This document shows, piece after piece, positions 49,814 to 62,100 of a stretch of 64,000 bases of DNA. The position numbers and the translations under genes were made by a program. Position 1 is the stretch's first letter. Each line of letters begins with the position of its first letter. The notes under the pieces are model-generated. The model made no database searches. It saw only the letters and a program-made list of their open reading frames with translations, and was not told the DNA's origin. This DNA comes from Basidiobolus meristosporus CBS 931.73 (taxonomy: Eukaryota; Fungi; Basidiobolomycota), in the NCBI GenBank assembly GCA_002104905.1, contig MCFE01000155.1:62001-126000 (forward strand). Direction: 5' to 3'.

Positions 49814-52800
49814 ACAAGTTGTATCACTGATAGCCTGGGATTCGGCTCAACAAGGTATTGGGTATCCCGATGGAGCGGGTCAGAGGAAGCCTAGTGAAAT
49901 AACAAGCTCCAACAAGGAGAGGTGGTCAATGGAGCCGGAGGTGGACCCGAAATATAGGCGGGTGGTGGGATCAAACTAGCAGAGGTTGCAGGATCAGTAG
50001 TAATGAGTAAAGGTGTGCTACACGTAACCAATTAGAGAATCGTAAGTTGGAATCATTCACGAAAATGCAGAAGTCTTTGACACAGCGACAGCATGAGATC
50101 ATCTGGGATTTATAAATGTTATTCCAAGATCAGGCGCGGATGCTGGGTGGCCTACATTGATTTAGGGATGAAGACAGGTGACTCCTTAAAGTGTTTATAA
50201 TTAAATTTCCACATTCCCTGAAGCGTTCCGAAATATTATTGGTCTTGTTGGATTCTGTTAATCCGGTTCGCATTTATTGACACGAAAACCTCGGGGTCAG
50301 TTAATGATTTTCGACAACAGTATGCACCTGGCGCGCAGAGTTCAGGATATGCAACTTCATGCACCTAGACCCTCATGATGTAGCTGGAGTATTGTTCACC
50401 ATGCCAGCCTCTGATGTCGGCAATGATAGGCCATATACATCTAATTTGTGCTGAATGCCAAGCGAGCCGACCATAGGGGCTTTCGAGCGGCCGATGAACA
50501 CTCATACGATGCTATCTGATGGAAACATGCGTAGACAATGAGCATGAACAAAGTCTAGAAACCGTGGTTTACCTTGGGGCCGACCTTGGTTAAATTGCAT
50601 AAGATTCGTATATTGAAATTGCGACACAAAAGCCTATCGGATTAAGGGGCTCCTTATTTTCTTCAGATTAAATCCATCTGTAATTCAATTTCTGATCTGT
50701 TCATGTTCTCAGGGTGAATGCCCGTATGGGGCCCGACAACAGCCCGAATGACTGATCACTATTCATGCCGAATTACTTATCATATCTTTGGTCGTTATAT
50801 TCCTGCGCTAATTAGCCATGAACCAAGTCACTGATTCAATCTCAGCACTTGCTCATTCCCGCCCGATATTAGTCTCACGCTTCATCCAAGCTCGACGATA
50901 CGCCAAGCGGAGGTCTAGATTGTTCATCATGGAAGTACCTGCGTCCCGTATTTCTCTGTGTGCCGCTCTTCCTTTCGGAAAGGTATAGCGCATCGTCGAA
51001 GATTTTGTCTAAGGGGCGGGCCCCATACTCAATACCAGCACTGCATTGCTTCGGGTAACTTAGGAAGAGGGTTGAATGAACGAAACTAGATTCGATTCTT
51101 GTCTGAACAGCAAGAGTCTCCAGAATTCGCATTTCTATTCTTGTTTGTTATACTCTGCCCGCTTTAAACTGCAGATAAACATCCGCAAGGCGTCTGATTG
51201 AATCCTGAACTCTTCATGCCCCTACGAGGATTCCTTGTCAAAGATTTGAGACAAATCCTACGAATCAGCCACTCAAGCATCGCAACGTCGATAAGCTAGG
51301 TTTGGCGGGCGAGACACTTCTAGGAGTTTCTTATTGATTGACTCCTTGACTTACCTTGAATGGGCGACAGATAAGGATACATTCGACGCCGCATATGGGA
51401 AGCAGTCAAGACTAAAAAGAGAGAGAGAGATGTGACACTCGCAAAGTGAGAATTTAATCAGATGCATCTGGGAATCGAGCATCTTCGGTAAGATTGAATC
51501 ACTCCATTTCATTTAGGCAACAAAATATTACAAACTTCTTTAAAGCGAGTATCATATTCGGACTGAACAATAAATCGGCCGGTGAAGATGCAGAGGAATG
51601 CATGGGATGCCCATAAGCCGCGAGCCAAGACAGTACAACGGTATGCCTTAGGAGGGGATTCTAATAATAGGAAGGTTGCGGAGTCCGAATCAAAGCTCCA
51701 GAGAGATGGTTCGGCTTGTTGCTTTGGATTGTGCCACCGTACTTCAGCGCTCAGTGAGCCCATCTCAACAGGGTATTCTTTGAGCTGGATATACGCTCAA
51801 AGTAGACACGTTTCGGAATTTCTGGGGCTTCTCCAGAAATAGACAACGTCGCATCCAGAGTAATTAAAGCAGTTCTAGATGAGCCGTGATGATCATACAT
51901 ACTCCTGCAGTAATCTTTGATGTTTCTCTAGAAACGACAAGAAGCGTCGTTTCTGAGTGTACTTGAAGAATGCGGCTAGTGTAAGGTTAGACTCAAGTAT
52001 CAAGTACATATTAGTATTCAGCAAAGCGAATCGTTGCGATCTCCGAAGCAATTCATTTCGAACTGCATCTGAAACTAAAGCAGTGATTCATTTGAAGTGA
52101 TTTGGACTTTCTGGACAACGGTCTATTTGGAGATGGGTGGCTTGCGGACAGTGACAGCACTGCGGGTTTCATAGCTTTGTTACGTCGGCGGAGCTGGATA
52201 TTTTGTGACAGATGAAAAGGGATATATTACCTTGGCATTTCGTTGTATCGGCACTGCAGCATGTAGCAGAGAATAATCATACTCGGAATCTGTCTCAAGC
52301 TGATGGGATAGCCGTAAGTGTAGAAGAACAATGTGTCGATGTCTCTCAAAACTGGATAATCAAGCGAGATTGAATGCCCAATTAGTCCAAACGTTCTCTT
52401 AGTCAGGCTTTGATTCCATATCCCTGGCGTGACTTAAGCCTTGGGGGTTCATTGGAATGGTGGTTAGATAGTCTCATCCGTTCGTTTATATCTTTCTATT
52501 TTAGTGTGCATCACAGTAGATGCTAGACCACGGAAGGTCTTCTTTCTTTTGGCACAGCATACGTCAACAATCGTATGTATTGCATCTTTTGGGTCTTATT
52601 AGGTGTTTCATGTCTACACTAAGATGCTCTTTAGCCTAGTTGATGGAAATGGCAATTGGATCAAGTATTATATCACTTCACAATTGTTTGTCCAAGGTTA
52701 CAGCGGTATAATTACACCTGGGTGAGATGTCGAAGGCCAGGTATAGGATATGTATCATTCCTGGGCACATATTAGCTTTTCATCTATATCAGCTTATCCT

Positions 52801-53966
52801 CAACCCTTCTTGAATTTGGTAGCATTATTCTCTGGAACCAAAATAGATTGCACGGAGAGGCAGTACTCGATAGCATGGTGATTCGGAAACTTATCTAGAT
52901 GAATTCAATGCCTCACGTCTGAACCCATAGCTACTGAATTGCTTGTATACCTCAATGACCGAACCATATATCGGATAAGGAATGGGTATTTATAAGATGT
53001 GATGACGTACAATGATCTACACTCATGCATAGGTGGCTAGCCATTCCATATCCCGAGCAGCCTGCAGCAACACTGTTGTCGCGGCAGGCAGTGTTTAGAA
53101 GGCGCCAAGTACTATTGATATGATAAATCCTGTTCAACAGCCTCAGCTGACACCTAGGTATTGTCTTGTTGAAGCATCCGGATATATGGACGAGCTGAGT
53201 AACCAAGCTATATATTCTATCAGATATTTATCACGGCTCGGATGCCCCTTAGTATAATAGGATGGGACACATCAATGTATATTTATATACCGTCAGTTTC
53301 CCGGCAACAGCTCATGAAACAAGTGATATTGCTGCCCGGAGGCCCTACCAACTATCGCAAAAGTGTCAAGCCACCAGTTTGAACCTTCAGCGCTACATTC
53401 ACCACTGATATGGAGAAATTAATCCTATTCTAAGACGACTTTGAACCAATGCCGTGCATGAACGCTGCAAATACACCACGAAACATACAAGGAGGAAATC
53501 TTCAGGGTTGGGCCAGAGCACAAATATCGATGAGTGGAGGAATAAGGAGGGCATTTAACAATAAAAGCAAAATCAGCAGTGAATTGAGCATTTTTACGTA
53601 AGCTCAAATTAATACTTTCCAGGCTGCGATTTCGTCTATTAGGATATATCTATCACAACGAGGCGCTGTAGCCGTTGCCCCTTTCAGAGTCAGAGCAAAT
53701 ATACCATGCTTGTAATCTATGTTTCTGAGGCTGCTAGTTCATCAAAATATATTTATTAATTTTCAGCTGGCGCCTAGCAATTTCAGAAAACAATTTAGGC
53801 CAATGGACTCCAGCCTCTCTCATAAAGCCCTATTCTCAGGCCTGGCTCATACAATATTGGTGTTCATTCCCGTCTGAATACATCGTATCAACAGAATTGA
53901 ACTTTGGAGGCTTTGTCTGCCCAGTATACAGCCATGTGCATCATAAATAAAGTTCTACTATAGTTA

Positions 53967-54664
53967 TCATATAAGGTGAATGTACAACTGTACTACAGTT
54001 GATGATACAGCAATTAAGTACTGGGCTAGTGATAGGATATTCAAGCTGATGGAGTGTCCCGTGGATGAGTTGTCGCCTCTACGATTATTACTTGCGGTAT
54101 TGTTGCCAAAATGGTCCATATTGTTTCTGCTATTTTGGTCGGTGTTCCAAGAGCTCTCGGGAGTACCGGTAGGCAAGACATTATTTCCGGGATTCATTGG
54201 ATCGATTATTCCAGTAGGTAGTCCGGCAGATGCTTGGATTTGAAAGTATGAGCTATATACTATGAATGTTCCTTTGCTCATTCGTATGAAGTAGTCCGAC
54301 CCCTGAGCAGACGTTGCTGGAATAAGCCAGCGGTAGAACCCACTCCTCGTATCAACATTGTTTTGGATTCCTGTAACCAACTGGCCGTTGTTGTTCGCAC
54401 CAAACATCAGCGCCAGGTCAACAATAGGAGGGCTTATTCTAATGCCTGTATCGTTCCTGGAGCAGTAAATGAGACCCATTCAGTACAAGACACAACAGCT
54501 AGCCCGTAACATCTAAAGAACAGCAAGATATATACATACCAAGTGATTAATTTTTCAGACCCAGCCTCCCATATTGCATTGGCTGGGCTTGTGAATACAA
54601 TATCACACTCTACAGCCTGATAAAGAGCCAATGCCCAAAGAACTCTCCAGAAGAAGCCACGCAT
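53967..54664 (-). CDS. Ser/Thr-rich, probably GPI-anchored cell-surface protein (Kre9/Knh1 N-terminal domain, PF10342-like), 2 exons
   Basis: Signal peptide; FTSPA...WEAGSEKLITW; intron 54457-54539; SGFYRWLIP...GSDYFIR...YSSYFQI; hydrophobic C-terminus. Confidence 0.85.
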
Positions 54665-55962
54665 CGCGAATATTGGCGCTACCACTATTCTGCCTGCTCT
54701 TTATATTGGTCATGCACTTGAAGATTTTCGAATATGTTTGGACCACCCCTAACTAATCGCGAGTATTCAAATGTTTCGCACAGTTATTTACTGTTAACGG
54801 AAAAGTCTGCCATTGGTCAGTTAGTGCGTCTATAACAGGATGTTTGCTTCTAAAGTTATGTGGAGCACTGTGAAGTAAGGGCTGGTTTTTCACCATCTGC
54901 ACTAGAGGTACACCTCCCTTGGGCCATGTCGCTATTGTTTAAAACTACTATTCCCTTTCTGATCTTATGCATACTGCATCCAACATGGTCAATTTGATGC
55001 ATTTGCATCTATGTGCTGCGTATTACCTGCTGTTTTGTGCCACTTGATAAAGCCAGGCTCGGTGAGCAGCTATATTGGTACGCTCGAACGTCTGCGATCT
55101 CACGATCAACCCCATCGGCGAAAGAAGTATGACAATACCCGATATACATATATATTACCACCTGATAGAAGTATCTTACGTTACCGATCTGCAGGTATGT
55201 GACTGTTATTGTACTTCAGTCGGTCCTTCTAAACTTCTACCGCTGTGCAGTAAAACCAACTCACTACATAGCCATACCCTTACGCTGAGCACTTTATTCA
55301 GTATCCTCCACTGTTTTATCGCAACAAGTGGAAATCCCTGATCATCTGATCGCACCAGTTAGATAGCATTCCCAACTACGCTGCGCTACATGTAAATCAA
55401 TTTTTCTTGGTCAGTTCACCTTGCAATCCATTTGAATATCTATAACGGCTCGAGGCAAGAAGCCAAGTTTGGAATTGAATGGATCGCTCTTGGGGTTGAT
55501 TGATAGAATTCACACCCAACAGCAATAGTGCATAAAGGGCTGCATCTCACATCTCTTGTGCATATGTATATCAATGCGCTCCCTAGATGTAAGACGGCCG
55601 CAGTGCATTATATGACTGCTTCAGTGATCTTTTTGCTATCTTTAATAACCACAAACTTCCTATCTATGGTAACCTAAAATGGTACTGCGGATGGCATGGA
55701 TTATGAACATTGACCACCCTGTGTTGAAGATTTTCATCATGATTCCCAATCCAGATTGAATTCAAATCATTCATGCGTCCGAGATCGCATACACATTGTA
55801 TAAATTCAGTCGAAAATTTTCAAAGTGCCTTTCATGATGTTGGTCTTAATCGAGTAAATGATTATCAATCATGACCAAAACTTGGTCTAAATTGTAATGG
55901 GTATTAACGTTGCAACCTTTGTAATTGATCTTTCCATAGTAAATGTGTGAGCCTTGTTAGCC

Positions 55963-56475
55963 ATGAACCTCCTCCGTTCTCAAAGCCTTCTTTCCGTTTT
56001 GAAATGCCGGGTATTGCCACTTCCCACCTCTCACTCTGCCGTAAGATCCGTTCGTCTTTACAGTAACCAACCTTCCTCAGCTCCGAATAAAGGCCGTGGG
56101 TGGCGTAAATATGCCTATCGCTTTCGCTCCCAACCAGTAAGCCACCTGGTCTCTTTTGGAATCCTCCATGAAATCACGGCGATTCTCCCAATCGTTGTGG
56201 TCTACTACTTTATCGATGCGACCGGCCTTGAAATCCCGGTTCCGGAGGTAGCTTTGGAACAGAGCAATCGGTTCTTTTCCAAATTGCGAAGTTACGTTGG
56301 CTTGGATCCTTTGGCCAGTGATTCCAGAGTGGCCCTTAATCTGGCGGCGTCTTACGGGATCACAAAATCGATTATGCCACTTAGAATCGCCGCCTGCTTC
56401 GCACTCACTCCCTGGTTTGCTAGACGGGTGATTCAGCCCTGCACAAACGTCGCCAAGTGGATAAAAAAGAACTGA
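55963..56475 (+). CDS. MRX11: Mitochondrial FLILHELTA-family membrane protein (Mrx11-like)
   Basis: Mitochondrial presequence; SFGILHEITAILP motif; AASYGITKSIMPLRIAACFALTPWFAR. Confidence 0.8.
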   Translation: MNLLRSQSLLSVLKCRVLPLPTSHSAVRSVRLYSNQPSSAPNKGRGWRKYAYRFRSQPVSHLVSFGILHEITAILPIVVVYYFIDATGLEIPVPEVALEQSNRFFSKLRSYVGLDPLASDSRVALNLAASYGITKSIMPLRIAACFALTPWFARRVIQPCTNVAKWIKKN

Positions 56476-56706
56476 ATGGGGGTGTAAGAGCATATGTAAT
56501 TTATTTCGGTGAGTTCGCCGAGATGGTGTAGCTGAACGACCTTGTCCTTGCTAACAAAATGCATAAACCCTTTGGTTAAAATCTTGCTTGATTTTGTGTT
56601 ATCTGTAGTATCTTATCTCGAAGCGCAATTTTATTTTGTATATATACAATATTTCACTGGGCGAACGAGTCTAGAGAGTGTCGAATGAGCCCAAGCTCAT
56701 AGTTTG

Positions 56707-57819
56707 TCAAGCGGTTTTGGGCCGCAAGTACCTCGCAGGATCAAATCTTGAAATATCTATAGAGGTTGTTTTTCCGTGTACTAGTAGCTCTGCCATTGCT
56801 AGTCCAGTAGCTGGCGCATACAATATACCCCAGCAGCTATGACCAGCTGCAATGTATAAATTGTTAATCTCAGGAACGGCACCAATAATAGGTGGACCGT
56901 GCCAAGTTTGGGGAAGATAGCAGGCCTGCTCCCTTTCTAGAACTGCTTCGTCTAAGGCAGCAGAGAGTATACCAGCGCGAGTTTTCAGGCGCATACAAGC
57001 ATCATGATCTGGTAAGATATCTGAGGGGTCTTCGGGAAGCGGGACTTTATCAATCTCTCCACACATGTAGACTCTGTTATCAGGGCGTGGATAGATCTCT
57101 GGTTCAGTTCCGTCTGACAAGGATAAGAACAAAGCGTGGCCGGAGATAGGCTTCTCTGGCACCATTACAATGCTGTGTGCCCTCTCACCGTCAATCGGTA
57201 TATCAAAAGGCATCCAGTTTGAGCAAAATTTGGTCCATGGTCCCATCGCAAGGATAACCACATCTGCAGCTATAATCGTTCCATCTACAAATACTCCTTG
57301 AGCGTTTCCTGACGAATCGTACTTTATACCTTCTACACGCCCGTGTTGCAGTTTAGCACCGCGTGTCTCAGCCTCTTGCCACAGTGTATGAGTAAAGTAG
57401 TATGGATGCACCTGCGCTGTAGTTGCTTGGCCGCCAAGGATACTTGAGCTTTTTATTACACTTCCGTTCAGCCAAGGTAAAGGCGATTCCTTGGTACCCT
57501 TGTCGCTTAAGGAGGCGGCTACAGACAAGGCCTCTAGACGACGATATCCATATCTCTCACCCCCATTCAACTTGTTCGCCAAATCGATGTGTAGGTTGAA
57601 GCTTTCCCGCGCTAGCTTATCTGTCGTGCTACCTTCGCACCAATCTAGGGCTAGAAATCCTCCAGCTTTACCCGAAGCACCACATGCTAGGGATTCTCGC
57701 TCAATTAGACATATCTCGAAATTTGTGGAATCCAACGCGCTGAGGTAATAAGCAATGGAAGCGCCAATCACACCACCCCCACATATAACTACTTTGCGAC
57801 GGTTCGCGGTATCGCTCAT
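56707..57819 (-). CDS. FAD-dependent oxidoreductase, DAO family (Tda3-like), 370 aa
   Basis: GGGVIG dinucleotide-binding motif, GASGKAGGFLA, QVHPYYF, AAGHSCWGILYAPATG. Confidence 0.92.
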   Translation of the reverse strand: MSDTANRRKVVICGGGVIGASIAYYLSALDSTNFEICLIERESLACGASGKAGGFLALDWCEGSTTDKLARESFNLHIDLANKLNGGERYGYRRLEALSVAASLSDKGTKESPLPWLNGSVIKSSSILGGQATTAQVHPYYFTHTLWQEAETRGAKLQHGRVEGIKYDSSGNAQGVFVDGTIIAADVVILAMGPWTKFCSNWMPFDIPIDGERAHSIVMVPEKPISGHALFLSLSDGTEPEIYPRPDNRVYMCGEIDKVPLPEDPSDILPDHDACMRLKTRAGILSAALDEAVLEREQACYLPQTWHGPPIIGAVPEINNLYIAAGHSCWGILYAPATGLAMAELLVHGKTTSIDISRFDPARYLRPKTA

Positions 57820-59117
57820 ACTAAATGGACCGTTCTTGGAGTAGGTTAGATAAGCTCAATGGTAAGGGTGAAAAGAGAATGAACAAAGCTTTAGTCAACT
57901 ATACGAAACAAAACAAAAATGAACACTTCCTAATTAGTAAGCTCTAAACACCATATCATCATAGTATTTGGAAAACCCAAATGTTTTAATGAGAGTCACA
58001 GATTCATCTCGCTCTAGACATCTGCGGAACCTTTCGAAGATCAAATTACGTAAGATCACGGTGGCTAATCTTGAAGCAGCAAAAATATAAATAGTATTCC
58101 AGATTTTTAATACTATCTGAATGTAACTAGTACAGAACAATCAATTTTCCATGAACTCTGAGCGCAGGACACTATTGGCCTTCGCCGGCCTGGAATTTCA
58201 AAAGCCTGAAGGTCTGACTTCATCTATACTCATGTGAATCAATCACAGCAATGCAAGTGGGCAGAGAGATTGCTCCAGCAACAAGCGGGTAGCAAGGATC
58301 AGTGCCGTAACTGTAGTTATGCATTTCTGTAAACATACTCCAGAGTAAATCTCCTTCCAGGCGCAAAGTCTCCTTGGATTGTTACCAAGCAGGCCTTTCC
58401 AGCAAACCCGTTTTCACCATCTTGATTCATATGTTGTGCGTCTGAGATGGCATTCGAATTAGTACATTTTTGGAACCTTACCTTACCAGATGGGCTATCA
58501 TTGTGCCGTGATGGCATAAAGGCAAATCACCACCTGGCACTGAATCATCTTATTCAGGCATCTAAACTACTATTTTTATACTGGTGCCTATTTTGTAGGC
58601 TTCCTTTGAATGAGAGAGTCACCCAAGTGGCCGGAATGCTTCCGCAAATAATACCAGGTTCGTAGTGCCGTCGATAAATCGAGTGCTGCAGTTTTATCCA
58701 AAGAAACATGATGTTTGACTGAGGTTGGTGTTGGTACTGGCGCTGGTGTTGTTGTTGGCTAAGTATAGTCGCCACGTATAGTATTGTGGTGATGCATTGA
58801 TGAGTCCTGGTGAACACGTTGGGCTTGTGTGCGTCCTATGGCTCGATTATTAACTTTATTAAATACCATGCAATTAATTCATCTACTTTGCTGGATACGA
58901 TATGTTTGTTTTGATAGCCCGCGAAGCCAGTGAGAAACACGTACCCCGCTGTGGACTACAAACGCAGAGACACAAATATCAATCGTAACTGCTGTAGGTG
59001 GAGTTATGCACATTCTAATCAGATCAGGGAAGAATACTATTTGAGAGCAAATACACAAATATACATGTTGGATTTCAATCATTATTGACCAGCAAGGATT
59101 CAGGCCTCAAGGCGGAT

Positions 59118-62100
59118 CTAATCTAAAGACCTTCTCTCTACGGTGTATTGGTTGAATGTGTTTTCTAACTTGTGATAGAACTCAGTTCGATCTTTCTCGT
59201 TGGCAATTGGAATGAAGAACGATGGAGGGTCGCTTAGTTGCTTGGTTCGAACCAGATTAATCCCGGTAGCACTTATGATTGGCGTTTGGAGGTCTTGAGG
59301 TTGCGAAGTTGGTTAACGAGCGGGCTTACCCCAGGAAATTAAGAATTGGCTTACCTTCAAAGGATACTACGAAATCGGAGATTGTCTTCTTGATTCTAAC
59401 CACCATGACATATGAGTAACTAAGAAGGGCTATTCTATCGGTGCCGCGCAATTCCAAATGTGCGATATAGGTCTCGTTAAAGTACGATCCATTGTCGACC
59501 TCCTTAAGCCAATACTGCCCTTGCGCCTCAATCGGATCATAGCGCTGTGAAAACGTCGGTCAAAACTACGCAGGGCTACTGATCAATTTGCCAAAACTTA
59601 CTCTTAAAATCCCATCTCGTCCTACGTAACGTGGAAGTCGAATACGCTCACTCTGGTTCTGATCGAATAGAATGGTAGTGTTGCGAATACCTAAAGATGC
59701 TTCCGGTTTAGTTGGGTTCAATGCAAAGACAAAAAGAGTACTAATATTCACCCTCTGTCACATTGTTTGCCATATCGAATACGCCGACAACTGGCTTGGT
59801 CACAACCCTGTTCAATAAATATACAGTTACCACAAGTATTTTGCAGAATGTCAAAGACGCGATACCTACCCTACTAGGCCTTTGCCGATCCCTCTGAAAA
59901 ATCCACCCAAGCCACCCTTCTCTGCTCCAGCGATAGGTTGTGTCTAGGACTTTCGGTTAAACAAGTATGATGTGATCAATCCCTCTTATTAGAATCTTAC
60001 CACTAAACCAGAGATACCGCTAGCAAAGCTAGTCGCCAAAGAAGATGCTCCTCTAGTTACTCCATTAAAGGCGTGTCTAGGTTTGTTGCGCGTTCGAGTC
60101 ATCCGCCGTTTATCTTGGAACGCTTGATCAAGTGTGGCGACAGATAGTCCTTTACCAACGCTATCGGTGAATTTGGAGAAGCTATCTGAGAAACCGTAAA
60201 TCATTTTCGATAGGAAGCTGGCTGCACCCTAGGCGGTTGTGTCGCTGTTAGGCATCGGCATGTATATACGGACTGACAAATGCGCTTACTTTCGCCAGGC
60301 CAATTCCTAAATCTTGTGCCCTATCATTCATAATAAATCCTTGATAGGGCTCATAGAAAAAGTCAATCACTCCAGAGCTGACGGTGTTGAAAAGCTTCAC
60401 CGGGTTTCCTAAGAAGTCCACAGAGCCTACGACTTTGTGTACCTATGTCACATTGTTAGCAAGCACACAGAAATTCGACAATGTACGTAGCGATAGTGAA
60501 TTAACACTAACCTGATAGAAAACCTCTTGTGAATAGTGCTTGCTAAAACGATCTATCAAAACTGGATACGAAACCATAACGTTGTGCATGACCAGAGCAT
60601 TCAGCTTGATCGGTGCAGCCTAGAGGAAGCCGTGTTAGAGGATGGGACATCTGGCACGAATTTGAAGAGTAGTACATCGATGTTTCCTATGGTCATCGTC
60701 AACACATTAACAATATACATCAACGGGTTGTAGGATCGGGGCCTTGGGTACGTTGTTAAGAATAATAAAGTAAATGGTAGCTTGAGATGAGCGGGGCATA
60801 TGATAAAGGATACGTGGTTCTCCCTTGATTGATAACCGCTGTTCTCGAAAACGAGAGGTTGATCTTTAAAGGCTGGATATGGATCACCTCAAAGTATAGC
60901 TGCGTATCGCCCTCGGTCAAAGCGGGCTCAGGAATATCCATACTCTCATCTCCAATATACCTGGGTGGAAGCTTAGAAGATGTTCTCAATGTATGTAGGG
61001 TTAGAACGTGTTACCCTTGGTTTTCAAATCCCCAGCCTGGAACGTTGAATTTACTGAAATCCAGTAGAGTCATCAAGAAGTCCTCATCAACATCGAAAGA
61101 TACCTCTTGCAGCCAGACAGTGATGTATTTGTACCATTCCACTCCGTGAGAGGTGTCCTTAGCTTTGACAACTGCTGCACGGAATGTGGGCTTGATTTCC
61201 ACATCCTTACCTAGCTTCGAGTTCAATGTGGGATATAGGATGATGGGCTTCAATCCTTCATACGACTGATTGTCTATTTGTAGCCATTTGATCATGAAAT
61301 TCATCGATGTTTGGTATGTAGAGTCGCTGTAATTCAGCTCAATTCCTCGGAAGGTAGAGTATATTATCTCTCGAACATGCCTGTTTAAGAATGAGATTCC
61401 AATTCCCTCCAGTTTGATCTTTAAAGAGAAGGTGATGATTGAGTCCATGTCAATCACCTCGAAGTCCGCATCTTGGACCGAGCTATTGGTAGTGCCAGGA
61501 GTGGCAGGTTTGTAAATACTCTCTGATTGGTCGTATTTAGATAAATGCACCACGATCACCGGGCCTTCAGCAACTATGTCTATTGCCATGATGCCCCGTC
61601 CATCGGCGGTCTTGTAGTTTAGCGGTATGAGGGGTCCGATTTCGCACAGAGTGATCTCCCGTTCAAATCCATTGACGTTGAGAACCAAGGACTTTTGTTT
61701 GCTGGCAGGATAGTCCCAGGAATAAGCCATAGTATCCCCAGAGCCTAGTTTGTACCGGATTTGCTTGGTTCTCTCCAGAGTAGGACTGGGTTGAGGGGAC
61801 GACAGCTCGCGCAGTGGCATGATTGGCTGATAAAGTAGAATGGTGGCGCCTGATTCATTCTCAATCCTGAACGGCCACTTTCCTTCTTCCTTTTTAAACA
61901 GAATGAATATAGTGGGACCTTCAAGATGAATATCCACACGAACAAGGTCCCGGCGAATTCCAGGCTTCCGTATTTTGATAAAGATTTTCCCAACATCCTC
62001 GATGTTGAAAGGTGCCGACCACTCCTTGTTGAAGCTTGGGAAATTGATCATCAGCTGCTTTTCCTCCCCTTGGCGTACGAAATGTAATGGTGCCCTATGC

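Noticed and set aside
51349-51356. U1 snRNA 5' end (ACTTACCT)
   Set aside because: The downstream sequence does not follow U1 stem-loops or the Sm site.
51886-51956. Box C/D snoRNA (GTGATGA...CTGA) with a 9-bp hairpin at 51930-51954
   Set aside because: No terminal stem, the hairpin occupies the guide position, and I recognise no convincing rRNA complementarity.
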